Shown here in pieces: positions 26,941 to 44,358 of a stretch of DNA of 64,000 bases. This DNA is from the human T2T-CHM13v2.0 reference genome, Homo sapiens, in assembly GCF_009914755.1 (NCBI RefSeq), contig NC_060929.1; one strand, 5' to 3'. Numbering within the stretch: the stretch's first letter is position 1; each line of letters begins with the position of its first letter. The notes below the pieces were generated by a model. That model was not told where the DNA came from and did not search any database. It was given only the letters and a program-made list of their open reading frames with translations. The position numbers and the translations under genes are program-made.

Positions 26941-27789
26941 TAAAAAAAAAAAAAAAGAAGAGCTCTAGCTCTTCTTAAAAGCCCAGGCAATGACGCACCA
27001 TGAGGATTTGTCCTGAGAAAAATTATAAATTACCCAAGGGCAGTCAATAAAAGTGTTTGTCATTGTTTTTTTTCTTTCTTTCTTTCACTATTTTTTTCTT
27101 TCTTTATTTCTTTGTACGCATATTAAGGTTGACTTTCTTGGAGGAGAAGGCATTAAGCTGTCTCTAAAGCAAGAGAATTTTGAGAATCTGTTTGTTCAAA
27201 TTTCTCAACCTCTTCTGTGTATGTCTGTATATCCCAATCCTGTGTCTTAAGGTTCCACTCATTCCTCTTTAGTACACTTGCCGTAGCCTAAGAAATCTGT
27301 TAGTATTAAATATGAATGAGGCTGCAACTCTTCATCCCAAAGAATCAGGGTCTGGGCTTAATTATGAGTAAGTCTACCCAGCAGGAAATCCAAATTGGTC
27401 TGGTGGAATATTAAAAACTGAGAAGAGTAACCACATTTTGTCATAAATTTCTTTAATCCATTTTATGTATCTTAAGTAAGAGGTTTCCCTGCCCAAACTA
27501 TATAAATAATTTATCTGTAAACGTGGTGTAACACAGGTATAAAACAAATCTATACCTCATAATGAATTTCAGATAATAGAGCCAGGCAATTGATGATAAC
27601 TTCTTTAAAAATATTCCATTTTAAAATTTAAAAAGCCATTTTCTGTTATGTAGAATTATAAGACTTTGATTGCTTTCTGGCTACCAGTTTAGATAACTAT
27701 AGTCTAATTTACCTGGAAAACTTTTGTTATTCCTAAGTAAGAATTAATAAATGAAAGCTTTGACTAGGCACTTTTTTTTAGGAAAGAGA

Positions 27790-29622
<1,833 letters not shown>

Positions 29623-29626
29623 GGAT

Positions 29627-30064
29627 TCATATTAGTTTTCTAGTGCTATCATAATAAATAACCACAAATTGGATGGTTTAAAAGAAATTTCTTCTTTCCC
29701 AGTTTTGGAGGCCATCAGTGCAAAATTAAGGTGTCAGCAGCCCTATTCTCTTTCTGTAGGCTCTAGAGAATTATGCTTCCCAGCCTTATCCTAGTTTCTT
29801 GTGATCACAGGCAATCCTAGGAGTTTCTGGGCTTGTCAATGCATCCTTACAGTCTTTGCCTCCATTTTTACATGGCATTATTCCTGTGTGTTTGCATCTT
29901 TGTGTCAAAATTTCCCTCTTCTTATGAGGTCATCAATAACATTGGATTTAGGTTTCCTTCATTTTGACTTGATTGTATTTCCCAATACCTTATTACCAAA
30001 TAAGGCCATATTCACAGGTTCTAAGTGGACATGAATTTTTACGGGACATTATTTAACTTGGTAC
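29627..30064 (-). mobile_element. MLT1B/C-like LTR
   Basis: accacaaattggatggtttaaaa...ccaaataaggccatattcacaggttct. Confidence 0.78.
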
Positions 30065-30065
30065 G

Positions 30066-30640
30066 GTCCCCAAGAACACTCTCACTTTTAAGTCCAGGTT
30101 CCCACATCTCCAAGACTGCTCTCAGGTTCAACTCATGATTATGGTTTATTGCAGCAAAAAAGACACAAATGGCAATCAGCAGAGGGAAGAAGCACATAGA
30201 CGAAAGTCCAGGAAATACCTAGCTATGAAGCTTCCCTTTCTACTCTCCCAGTGGAGTCTTGGGTAGAGAATCTATTTCTCTAAGCAGGAATATGTGACAA
30301 TATGCATGGACTATACCAACCAGAAAGCTCAGCCCAGCTTTGATGTCTAGAGTTTTCATTGCATTCAATTACATAAAAATTATTGCTCACCATGTTACTG
30401 ACCTTAGCCTCCAACTCCTTCAGATGTCCAGCTGATAAGCTGATAACATGTGACTCAAGATCCTCCACTATACAACATAAATCACGTTGTTAGCACAGAC
30501 TATCTGGTGTGGCCATAAACATGCAGCTAAACAGAGACACCTTTATTGGGTAGGACATTCCAAAGGCTTAGAAGTTATTTTTCAGGAGCCAAACAAAAGA
30601 TCAAACCTCTCTTTAAGCAAGAAAAATCATTTACTATACA
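30066..30640 (-). mobile_element. MER77/MER21-group LTR
   Basis: ccaagactgctctcaggttc, ccaaccagaaagctcagcccagctttgatgtctagagtttt, ataaatcacgttgttagcacagactatctgg; strand tentative. Confidence 0.6.
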
Positions 30641-30719
30641 CATTTTGATTAGTATTTCTTGATCTTTTGATCAATTTTGGGAACATTGATATTTAAACAG
30701 TATTGATAACTATACTATA

Positions 30720-31830
30720 CTGTAGGTCACAATACTGTATTATATACTTGAAATTTACTAAGAAGGTAGATCTTATGCATTTTCATTACAAAAAAATGGT
30801 AACTATGTGAGGTAATGGACACATTAATTTAATTAATTGTGGTGATCATTTCCAAATGTATGCATATATCAAAACATCGCGTTGTACACGTGTGATAGTG
30901 TGAGATATACACTTGGTCTTTCTCCTCCCTTTCAGCATATGACTCACAGAATTCTTGGCATCTCCTACATGATTAGGGTGTCTTTTGTATGCTAATGAGA
31001 TGACTGGTGGCTGGCAGCCTCTATATAACTTTAGAGTAGGGCTGGTCACTGGAAAGAGCAAGACAGAATTACAAAATAGGGACTTTCAGCTCCATTTTCC
31101 AACCTGTAAGGAGATCGGAGGAGCTGAAGGTTGAGTTGTGATCACCAAAGACCAATGATTTAATTAATTATGCTTATATAATAAAGCCTCCATAAAACCC
31201 CAAAGGGACAAGGTTTAGAGAGCTTCTGAATAGCTGAACACATGGAGGTTTCTGGAGGGTGATAATTGAAGTGGGCATGGAAGCTCCACCCCTCTTTCCA
31301 CTTGCCTCATTCTAATGAGGACCTCATGCCCTCATTCTATGCATCTCTTCCATCACGCTGCCCATCTGTATCTTTGTGATATCCTTTATAATAAATGAAT
31401 ATGTGTAATTACAACATTTTTCTCTGAAGTACTGTTGCAAGGTAATAAAACCCAATAAGGAGATTGTGGGAACCCTGATTTCTAGCTGGTTGGCCAGAGA
31501 CACAGCTCCCAGCCTGTGTAACTAGCATCTGAAGTTGGGGGAAAGTCTTGTGCTGCTGAGACCTCAACCTGAGAGAGCTGATGCTGTACCCAGGTAAAAA
31601 GTATCAGAATTAAATTGAATTAGAGGACAGCCAGCTGGGGTTTGCTGAATAATTTGCTGGATAATTGATTGGTGTATAAGGAAAAACCATCACACATCTG
31701 GAGTCACAGAAGTATTGAGTATGTGAGTGTTGAAAATAGGAAAAACATACCCTTAGTTTTTCTTTTCATCAGAACACCTTAAATATACCTTGTCAATTTT
31801 ACCTCAATAAAATTCAAAAAAAATAAAAAC
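30720..31830 (+). mobile_element. L1MA8/9-like 3' end split by MER21
   Basis: tatacttgaaatttactaagaaggtagatctt...aaaacatcgcgttgtacac | cttaaatatac...acctcaataaa. Confidence 0.75.
30891..31773 (+). mobile_element. MER21A/B-like LTR
   Basis: gtcttttgtatgctaatgagatgactggtggctggcagcc, gagagcttctgaatagctgaacacatggagg; flanks acacg/acacc. Confidence 0.82.
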
Positions 31831-31935
31831 TAAATAATATTAATTCTCATGATTCATGATCATGGTATACGTAAAATCCAAAAAAATAAAAACTAAATAA
31901 TGTTAATTCTCATGATTCATGATCATGGTATATGT
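31808..31935 (+). repeat. Tandem duplication, ~64-bp unit x2
   Basis: aaataaaaactaaataat(a/g)ttaattctcatgattcatgatcatggtata(c/t)gt occurs twice. Confidence 0.93.
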
Positions 31936-32922
31936 CTTCATTTATTTAGATCTTTCTGTCAGCCGTGTGTATAAATTTTAATAATTTTGTTAAAGTTATA
32001 TCTGAGTATTTCATGTGTTTGTTATAATGCAATTGTAAATGCAATTACAGTCATATGACATGTAACAATGTTTCAGTCAGCAAGGGACCTCTTACAGGAA
32101 GATGGTTCCGTAAGATTATAATGGCGCTGAAGAATTCCTATTGCCCTGCTAACCTCACAGAGCAATGCATTACTGATGTGTTTTTGATGATGCTGATTAA
32201 ACAAACCTGCTGTGCTGCTAGTCGTATAAAGCCTAGTACATATATTTTTACACAATACTTCATAATAAATGACTATGTTATTAGCTTATGTATTTACTAC
32301 ACTATCTTTTTATCTTATTTTAGAATGTACACTTCCACTTATATAAATTTAAAAAGTTAACTGTGAAACAGCTTGAGGCAGTTCCTTCAGTAAACATTCT
32401 AGAAGAAGGCATTGTGATCACAGGAGATGACAGCTCCATGTATGTCATTGCACCTGAAGACCTTCCAATGGGACAAGATGTGGAGGGGTAGATAGTGATA
32501 TTGATGATCCAATAGTGGGTAGGCCCAAGTTAATATGTGTGTCTTGGTTTTTAGTAAACATATTTACAAATTGAAAATTTTTAAAATTAAATTTAATAAT
32601 AGAACGAAGCTTATAGAACCAGGATATGAAGAAAGAAAACATTTTTGTACCGCAGTACAGTGTGTTTGGGTTTCAAGCTAAGTGTTATTATAAAACAGTC
32701 ACAATTAAAAAAAGTTATAAAGTAAAAAATTATAGTAGGCTAAGGATACTTTATTATTGAAGAAAGAAAAAACTATTTTTTAAACTTTAGTATAGCCTAT
32801 GTGTACAGTGTTTATGAAGTCTACTGTAGTGTACAGTAATGCCTTCACATTCACTCACCTCTCACTCATTGACTTACCCAGAGCAATTTCCAATCCTGTA
32901 AGCATATTTCGTGGTAAGTGCC

Positions 32923-33349
32923 TGATATGGTTTGAATGCCCCACCCAAATCTCACGTTGAATTGTAATCCTCAATGTTGGAGGTGGGGCCTGGTGGGAGG
33001 TATTTGGATCGTGGGGGCAGATCCCTCATGAATGGCTTGTGCCATTCCCCCGGTGATGGTAAGTGAGCTCTTGCTCTGAGTTCACATGGGATCTTGTCAT
33101 TTAAAAGTGTGTGACACCTCCCCCACCTACTACTCTCTCTCTTGCTCCTGCTTTCACCATGTAATGCACAAGCTCCGGGTTCTCCTTCTTCCCTGAATAA
33201 AAGCTCCCCAAAGCCTCCCCAGAAACCAAGCTATGGCAGCACCATGCTTGCACAGCCCGAAGAAGCTGTGAGTCAATTAAACCTCTTTTCTATATCAATT
33301 ACCCAGTCTTCGGTATTTCTTTATAGCAAAGCAAGACTGGCTTAGTAGA
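32923..33349 (+). mobile_element. MSTB-like solo LTR
   Basis: tgatatggtttg...gcagatccctcatgaatggctt...aattacccagtcttcggtatttctttatagc. Confidence 0.88.
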
Positions 33350-33624
33350 ATGCACTATGAAAATGTACCTTTTTTTTTTTTTTGTCTTTTATACTGTATC
33401 CTTACTGTGCCTTTGTATGCTTACATATATTTAAATACACAAATACCTATCATTGTATTACAGTTGCCTACAGTATTCAGTACATTAACATTCTCTACAG
33501 GTTGTAGCCTGGGAACAGTAGGCTAAACCATTATTGCATGTATAAACATACAATGATTTTCTTTTTGGACATCGTTGCATGTGCAAACCTAAATTGTATA
33601 GCCTACTACACACTATAACCTAGG

Positions 33625-33976
33625 TGATATGGTTTGGCTGTGTCCCCACCAAATCTCAACTTGAATTGTATCTTCCTGAATTCCCACATGTTGTGGGAGG
33701 GACCCAGGGGGAGGTAATTGAATCATGAGGGCTGGTCTTTCCCGTGCTATTCTCATGATAGTGAATAAGTCTCATGAGATCTGATGGGTTTATCAGGGGT
33801 TCTTGCCTTTGCTTCTTCCTCATTTTCTCTTGCCTCCTCCATGTAAGAAGGGCCTTTCGCCTCCCGCCATGATTCTGAAGCCTTCCCAGCCATGTGGAAG
33901 TGTAAGTTCAATTAAACCTCTTTTCTTCCCAGTGTCGGGTATGTCTTTATCAGCTGCATGAAAACAGACTGGTACA
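33625..33976 (+). mobile_element. THE1A solo LTR
   Basis: tgatatggtttggctgtgtccccacc...gaaaacagactggtaca; perfect 5-bp TSD ctagg. Confidence 0.92.
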
Positions 33977-34274
33977 CTAGGTGTATAGTAGGCTCTACCA
34001 TCTAGATTTGTACATGCAATGATGTTTGCACAATGAAAAAATTGCCTAAGGACACTTTTCTCAGAATGCATCTATGTGGTTAAGGGACTCATGACTCAAT
34101 CATGCAAACATCATAGAATGTATTTACACAAACCAAGATTACCTCAATCCAAGCTTGAGACTATAATCACACATTCTATGCTATTCATACTTTAATAAAA
34201 TTTTCAGTTAGGATAACTAACATGTACAAAAGGTTTTCTTAGAGATGTACAAACTACTTTTTTAAAAACCTCAA

Positions 34275-34465
34275 TCAGTGTTTCTCAATGTGTTGTCCTG
34301 GGTCATAAGCATCAAGTTCATCTTGTTAGCTATTAAACAGTCGTATTTCTTGATTACATGTCAAACCTACTAAGCAGAATTGTGGTTGGAGATTGTGGGA
34401 GGATAATCTGCACTTTAAAACTGTCAAAGTGAATCTAACTCACACTAAACTTTTAGAGCTATTGG
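34275..34465. mobile_element. MER5A-like hAT element
   Basis: cagtgtttctcaatgtg...aacctactaagcagaat...aatctgcactttaa...cacactaaacttttagagctattg. Confidence 0.65.
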
Positions 34466-37160
34466 TAAAGATATTCTAAATCTGATTGTTAGATCATGCT
34501 GACTATCAAACAGCAGCACAAGTAGCTGCTTCCTCTATAGAACTGCTTTTTGGAAATATATTTTGTAGTTGCACAAATGAGCTACTTGAGGAATATAGTA
34601 AATTGCATATAGAGATTTTTATTATATATGTTGTAAGACTATTGATTATTATAAAGTCACTAAGAGCCTTTTTATTAAGGAAAAATTCAAGATCTGATTT
34701 CTCAGATGACAATAAAAAATAAAATTTTTATTTTTCCAAGTAGTATTAAGAAGAAATAGATGTTTAATTTAGTTAAACCTACAACTGAATTAGTCATACA
34801 TAAGAGAAATTAGTCACATGTAGATTTCTTCAAAGGGAAATGGAGAGTTACAAATGAACAAAAAAGTCAATGGAAAAGAAAAACATGTACAAATTTGTTT
34901 TGTTTTATTTTCCCCTCCCTTGGCAAACTGATTTGCTGAAAACTATCAAGAAGAGCAGTTTTCCCTGGAGCGAGCCGACTCAGTTATAAGGGAAAGTAAT
35001 TTCAGTTATTTATGGGCTTCTAGAGAAACCTTGTGAATTCAATACTGTCTTGTTTATCTCTGGGCAATGGTGTTGTTTTTCCTTCTGCTGGCATTTCCAC
35101 CTTACTTAAGCCAGAATTGCACCATTTCCCTCTTTATGATTCCTCAGTGTACTGGTATATTAATTTTTTGAACGAGTTATGAATTTTGAAACTTGTTCAT
35201 AAAACTAACACCACTTATAAGTTTTGAAAGTTGTAACTGAGCATAATTGTACTTTGGCTGCCAGAAAGCTACAAGTTGATTTTGCTCTCCAAGTTATAAA
35301 GCTGTAGTGAATTTCATGGCACTCATTTCTATGTTCAGGCTTTTACTGGTTTAAAAGTATTCTGTTATTTCTATCTTGCTGATTCCTATGGTGTATTTCT
35401 GTAATTGACCACAAATAATTTTGGAAACATGGAAACAACATCGTTTGGTTTGGTAACTCAAGATCTATCATTTTTATTCATAATTCCTCTCTCTAGTCAT
35501 TTTCCTTAATTATGATCAATATATTTTAGTAAAGATCCTAGACTTATTTTCTCAATTCTGAGCACCTGACTTGAGTAGAAAAAATTTGTATAAATTCTTT
35601 TCTCATTTTAAATAGCATAAATATCACTGAAATAGAGAATCATAGGAACTACTGATATGTAGATCATTCTTATTGAGCAAATATTTTTAAATGAAACAGA
35701 AAATAGTATACCTTCCTAGCAATAATTTTGAAACTTTCATAGTAATTTCTTGTTGCCATCCACCTAGTCCAATCCCAATCTCAAGCAAAAGCTCTGATTA
35801 AAATTTATTTTACTTTAAAATTCAATATGCAATGAAAATTCATCCTTGAGGCTTACCATTTTCTTTGGAGATTTAGAAGAACTTGACAAAATATTTTTAT
35901 AATTCTTCTCATTCACTAGTTATGGATACTTTAACTCAAAGAATAATATGTCTATTCTTTCAGTGTTTTGGTACTGAAATATTTCCCAACATGCTTCAGC
36001 AATGTTTTCTTTGTTTTTTTCACAGCATATGAAACACAAAAAAGTACATAAAAAAATCTTTCTTGCTGAAAGAATAAGGCTATTTGCGATTTAGATTTAT
36101 CTAGTCAAATGACATGATTGTGTATTATACTGGGAAAAAATGTCATATGAGTTAATAGACTTTGTTTTGAGGCCCACTTGGTTTTCTTGTTAAGAGAAGA
36201 CCCTTAAGCAAGTAATGTAAGCTTGGTATTACCCAGTTTCTCTACCTGCAATATTAAAAATATTACCTTGCAATTTCTACACTTGTAAAATTTAATAATA
36301 ACTAATTATTCAATCATAAGTCTAATTTTCATCTTAAAACTATGTTTTTACACCTATATATACACATATATATGTACACACACAAATATATATATATATT
36401 TCTTACCCTATTCTTTTCATCTTGATCTTTTAAAATTTTTATTGAATTAAGCCAATTGTATAGAGTTTTGCAAAAAAAGAAGTTATTTTAAAGCATAGCC
36501 AATTGGCTATATTTAACCAGAAACTCTACATTTGTATACTAAATCCCCATGCTGAATATATGCAGCAATTAATATTAATTTTAAAGACTGGAGGATATTC
36601 AATACTGCATGTATTCAGAAGGAGAAAAATGTAAAGTAAATCAAAACCACCCAGAAAAGCTTCTAGGAGAATAAAGATTTGGAGGTACCAGAGAAAAAAT
36701 AAGGGTAGACTATGTGCTACAAATAAGGAAAGAGTTTGAAAGCCTGTAGATTGGATAGTTGTATCTGATACATGGAAAACTTTAATCCAGAGAAGCCACA
36801 TGTTTATTCTCTGAATTGAATGAAAAAAGAAATTGAAAAGGAGTGTATGGGCCACAGGAGAGGGAGGATGTAGGTTTGAAAGTTGAGAACAAGAATACTT
36901 AATGATATTCTGCAGCCTAAATTGTGGAAGCTTTGGCTTACCCCAAATTGCTCCAGTTTTTTAAAAGCAGAAGTAAATGTATATTTCTAAAATGAGCTGT
37001 TTTATATATATAAGAATATATTAGAGGAAAATATTACATAAATTAACACCCTTTTTATTGTGAACAGATAGCAAACAACCTGGCAAAGCGTTCATAGTTA
37101 AATACTTATTAATTACATGACTGCGTACTACATGAAAATCACTGAATTGATGAAGCAATG

Positions 37161-37538
37161 TGTATTAGTCTGTTATCACGCTGCTATAAAGAACTGCCTG
37201 AGACTGAGTTAATTATGAAAGAAAGAGATTTAATTGACGCATAGTTCCACAGGGCTGGGGAGACCTCAGGAAACTTACAGTCATGGCAGAAGGGACAGCA
37301 AATATGTCCTTCTTCACATAGTAGCAGGAAAGAGAAGAATGAGAACTGAGCAAAGGGGGAAGCCCCTTATAAAATCATTAGATCTCATTAGAATTTGCTC
37401 ACTATCACAAGAATAATATGGAAGAAACTTCCCCCATAATTCAATTACCTCCAACTGGGTCCCTCTCACCACACATGAGGATTATAGGAACTACAATTCA
37501 AGATGAGATTTGGGTGGGGACACAGGAAAACTATATCA
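37161..37538 (-). mobile_element. THE1D-like solo LTR
   Basis: tgtattagtc...tataaagaactgcctgagact...cctcaggaaacttaca...actatatca. Confidence 0.88.
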
Positions 37539-40243
37539 CGGTGGTGAGCATTATTTTCTTATAGGGAAAAAAAAATGATTGAAGCATAGATCCTGGAATG
37601 AGAAGTCATGGAAAAAGCTCATAGCTTAATTCCCAAATTGTTGAGATTTGAAGTCTGTGCAGTGTTTATAACAGTTAGATCATTAGGTTATCTTGACTTA
37701 CAAAAGGACCAAAATCAGTGAGGAAACAAAGAACTACACACATAACCTCAGGCACATATTTCCTGAGAAGTTACTTTTTTTTGCCTTTAGAGGCATATCA
37801 AATCTGTATTTGATTAAATCAACAATTTTCTAAAGATATTTGGTGGGTGAGACAAAAGTAGAAAACAAAAATGACCTATTTGACAGAGTAAAAAAGAAGA
37901 GATTATAAAAATAAAAGCATGCTGAAAACTGTAAGAGGGTAAGTGAAATAAAAGGGAGAGATCATTGGCTCAAACGCAGAAGTTTTGTTATTTTATGTGC
38001 CGTATTTTCCAACGTTTGCAAAAAACTGAGTGAAGATATTACCCCAGAGCAAAAAAAAGAGTTTCAGATTTTCTGAGAGTAACTTAAATTAATTTTCTCA
38101 AGTTTTTTTTTAACATCCCATTTGTCTCTTAGGTAAAATCCAACATCCCTTCAACAGAGTGCTCTGATGTTCATTTCTGATAATGTGTGTAAAATAACCA
38201 CACATATTAAATATCTCTGTCCCCAGAGACACTTTAGGTATTCAATGGAGCTTAGTTTTATCTTGGATAAGATTTATTGAATTAAAGGGAAGTACAAGGC
38301 AATTCTAAAATAATTGAGCCAAATATAAATATGGTATGCACTTTTAAACAAGAAATCCCAGTGGAAGTGTAATTATTCAGTGCATGGAAAGAGGTAGAAA
38401 AAAAGAAGCCTTCACTTGGGACACGAGTATAATTTTAACAGTATAACAGTAATATTAATGACACCAAACACTGCCTTTATTCTAAATAAATAAAGATGAA
38501 TACTAAATGTCTTGAAAGACCCCCAGTAACCACCTGTGCTATTATAAAGGTTTAGCTGTCAAATCAGTCTCAGGAACATTCTACTAAACTTCACTAATGA
38601 TCCGTATGAAACAGGAAAGCAACAGATGCAAAGAAACCTTCTTTTTCTGGAGGAACCAAAAGGATCTGATACAGCTTCTTAGAATGTTCCTTTATCTCTC
38701 ATTGAAACAAATTATAATTTCCTATTAATAGAATAGTTTTTTTGAGTCATTGACCATAAAACAAAGTCATTCTGATTTTAAAATTTTTTCTTTGTATACT
38801 CTATTAATTCAATAGGACTACACTTATATCACTATCCTCCATTCTTCAGTCAGCCAGATCTCATAAATCCATAACTTCTAGATTGACATTAAGCAATTTA
38901 TGTGGACTAGATATATCCCTCTAAAATATCTTACAGATAAGGACTCCCATTTCTTTCTGATAGTACCTTGCCATTAAAATTTTTACAAGGATGTCTGGTC
39001 AGGATCATTCATATCCTCCACTGAAGTAAACAGTGAACAAGTTATGACCTGCTGTTAAAACTTTTCATTAACATTTCAATTGTATTGAAGTCAATTCAAC
39101 AAATATTTATAGAGTCATTTCAATGTGTCAGGAACTTTTGGCATTCTCTCTCCCTGCTCCAAAATTTCATGAAGCTGCTACACTATGTTAAGAGAAAGAA
39201 ATGTCTAGTTCTAGCAATTCATTTCATCACACTGCAACTTGTTTTTTTATTTCTATTGAGTGATCCTATGTTGACATTTGATTCCTTATCTAAAGGCCAA
39301 CAGTGACTTTTTAATTTACAAATAAAGCAGCTTTTCTCAGTTATTGTCCTTTTCAACTTTGTCACTTAAAAAAAATGTTTCTTGGTTTACTGCATCTTAA
39401 TACACTCCATATGTGTCCTGGGTCTAATTCTGTCTTAAAATCAAATTTCTACTTTTAACATCTTCCCATTCTGTGTTTTCAGGAGGTTTGCTTTTATTAT
39501 TTTCTCTGCCCTATGGCCTCCCATCACCATCCATCCACCCCAGCACACACTAGCAAAATGAATTACAAGCTGTGGATCATGACATCCTTGCTTCTATAAC
39601 ACTTCATCATTATTTTCCTGTGAAAATACAAAACTCAAAAATGTTATTTTCTCTCTTTCCTGACTTTATATTCTGAAGCAGGCCTTTAACTGACTTGGAT
39701 ATTTCTAGTAATCTAAACATTGATTCTTTTTCTATTCATTCTACATTGCCTTGCAATGCAGTATAATAGAAGGAACACAAGCTCTGGAGTGAAATTTTTC
39801 TTAGTTCCCCTTCCAAACTTACTTATTCACTGTGTGACCTTAAACCCTCAGAAAATGAGGAGTTCAATAAATGTCATTTCTTATCCTTTCTGGAAGTATC
39901 GCAGTGAGATGTTTACCATCTTGCTCAACAGATTCCACTTTCTCCCCATTAAGGAATTCTGTATTCCTTAATCAGCTATTCATAACATGCCTGGAACATC
40001 TTTTTACCATCACATTCCTTCAATATACCATAAACTTCAGTCCTTGTTTTTCATTCGCTATATCTGAAACACTCACTAAACCATTTAAGTTCTGTTTATA
40101 TTTGCTCATTTTCACAAAACACTTACACTAAGCTTTCCAAAAAAATATTTTGCTATTATTATAGTTATTTCAATGAAGCAAACCATTTGCAATGTAATAA
40201 GCATAGCACTTTGACTATAATAAATAGATAAATAAGGCAACTT

Positions 40244-42390
<2,147 letters not shown>

Positions 42391-44358
42391 AATAAGGTAA
42401 CTTTTTAATGAAGAAAACAATTAGTAATACATTAATGCATGTAAGGTAAGCAAAATAGATTAAACATTTAATTTAAAGCAAAGATAATGACTTTAAAAAT
42501 AATTTTACTATTGACATTCACATTAGTGTTTTCACAAACATAGATAATCGTTTCCATTGTCCTTAAATATATTTTTTAATACTTTCTAATAAACCACTCT
42601 AATATTGTGGAAATATATATTGAGAGATATACATATTGACATTAGATCATTCTACGTAGGTTTGTTGCTTTTAAATAAATATTCAAGCTTTGTGAAAAGC
42701 ACATGTAGGCACCACATACTTGAATTATTAAGGCTAAAACTTAAGAATTTGGTGCTGTGAGTACGAATAATAAAAACGTCATTCATTTATCTCTTTTCTC
42801 AATTATAAGCTTTTAAACAATAGCTCATGGAATTAGAGAAAACTTCTTTGTTTACTTCTGCTGATATTTATAACTATTTCATTAATAGCTTATAAAACAG
42901 AGCAATTACATTCTCTGATGGAAAAAAAAACCAAGCATATTAATAGTTTGTGAATAAACTTTTCAATTTTGAAAATAAAATGAGCAGCATTTACATTTGA
43001 AATCCATACAAATGATGCTGTTTACTTTTTATGTCAATAGTGTCAAATAGATTATAATACATAAAACTATTAGTGGAGTTCACGTTTGGATTTTCTCGTT
43101 GTTCATTTTTTGGTACCCTTCTTTAGATAAATTTTAGCAACGGTTTTGAATTGGCTTTAAATGGAAACATAATTGTTTACAAAAAAAATGGAAGATTTGA
43201 CTACTAGTAAACATGATGTTCATGTTAATGTTATTAACACACCTTCCAATATAATCACCTAAAAAATGAAAAAACTGTGATTCCTAATTCACATTCTGAG
43301 AACTAGTGTCATGTAAAAATACTTTAACATAAGAAATATGCAAGTTTATGGGAGTCAGAAAAATGTATATATTATTAATAATTATATAAACATTATATAG
43401 ATATTATACTATGACATACAAATTTGGCTATATATTATTTACACGGACAGCATACAAGACACAAATATTTTATCACTTTATTTTAAAATTTACATAAATA
43501 TATGAGCTTAGGTTTAAAAAAATCTGTATTTTCCAAGTATTAATTAATTAATGCATGTACTATCTTATTTCTTTCTCATGCTATGAAGTAGAAACTAACT
43601 ATTTCTAGTTTACAGAGGACTAAATTGAGAAGTGGACCATGTTCTTACAACAACAACCGAAAGTAAATTCCCATTTTAAACCTAGCCAACCTGATCCCCA
43701 AACCCGTTATATGTATAGCAACATATATAAATAAGTAATATATAGAGACATTGTGAACAAAAAAAAACTAGAGATATAATATATAACCTAGATCAAATAT
43801 TTTATTTTATAAATGAAATGCTGATTGGAAGAACAATAAGTTACTCAGGTGGTTAGCAGCAGTGATAGATTTAGAAACCACTTTTCCTTATTACTGGACC
43901 AGGGACAGACTTTCTAAATAATGATTATTACTTTACTATCACTTTTGGGAAAAGCTTCAACTTAAGACAAGTTTGGTCTGTTGGAATGCCAAAAAGCTCT
44001 TTGGATAATCTGAATGTGCAGTGGAGGTTGAGAGCCCTTGCTTGGGGATCTTTACTTTTATAATCCTCCTTAAGTTTCTCCTCTTTCATTAAAAACACCA
44101 AAAATCTCTCTCCGACATTGGGCTTCCGTGCTCTTTTAAGTTAAACTTATAATTTTTTGCCACTTACTGATGTTGATTAAGGTCAGCATGCTTTTGTTGA
44201 AGATAAACCATTTCCACTTGGTATGTGGCTTCCCTTTGGGCACGTTATAGTACTGGAAGTTTCCCTGTTTCCTTGGCTTGGGCTCCCTGCCCAGGCAGGT
44301 GCTATGTGCTGAAATCATGGTCAGAACCCTCTTCCTTGTTCTTCACAAAGGCAAAATC

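Larger units (their letters stand above)
24660..27420 (-). mobile_element. ERVL internal remnant (gag and RNase H/pol pieces), interrupted by MLT1, AluSc and a Tigger fragment
   Basis: Minus-strand translations QESIVKWKWY, VVHTAWK, CRGQGVAINC...RYWRPLTNH and RNEWNLKTQDWDI resemble HERV-L QQHSIIKWKWY, VVHFAWK, GRGQVAALNR...LWHWLINH and GKEWDPETWNGDV. Confidence 0.7.
32048..34097 (+). mobile_element. Tigger3b (Golem) DNA transposon, interrupted by MSTB and THE1A
   Basis: TA-cagtcat...gttccgtaagattataatggcgctgaagaattcctattgcc 5' end; 3' ttctcagaatgcatctatgtggttaagggactcatgact terminal repeat. Confidence 0.88.

Noticed and set aside
26790-26975. Tigger fragment followed by an A run as a retroposed copy
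   Set aside because: No TSD found, and the element is naturally A-rich at this position
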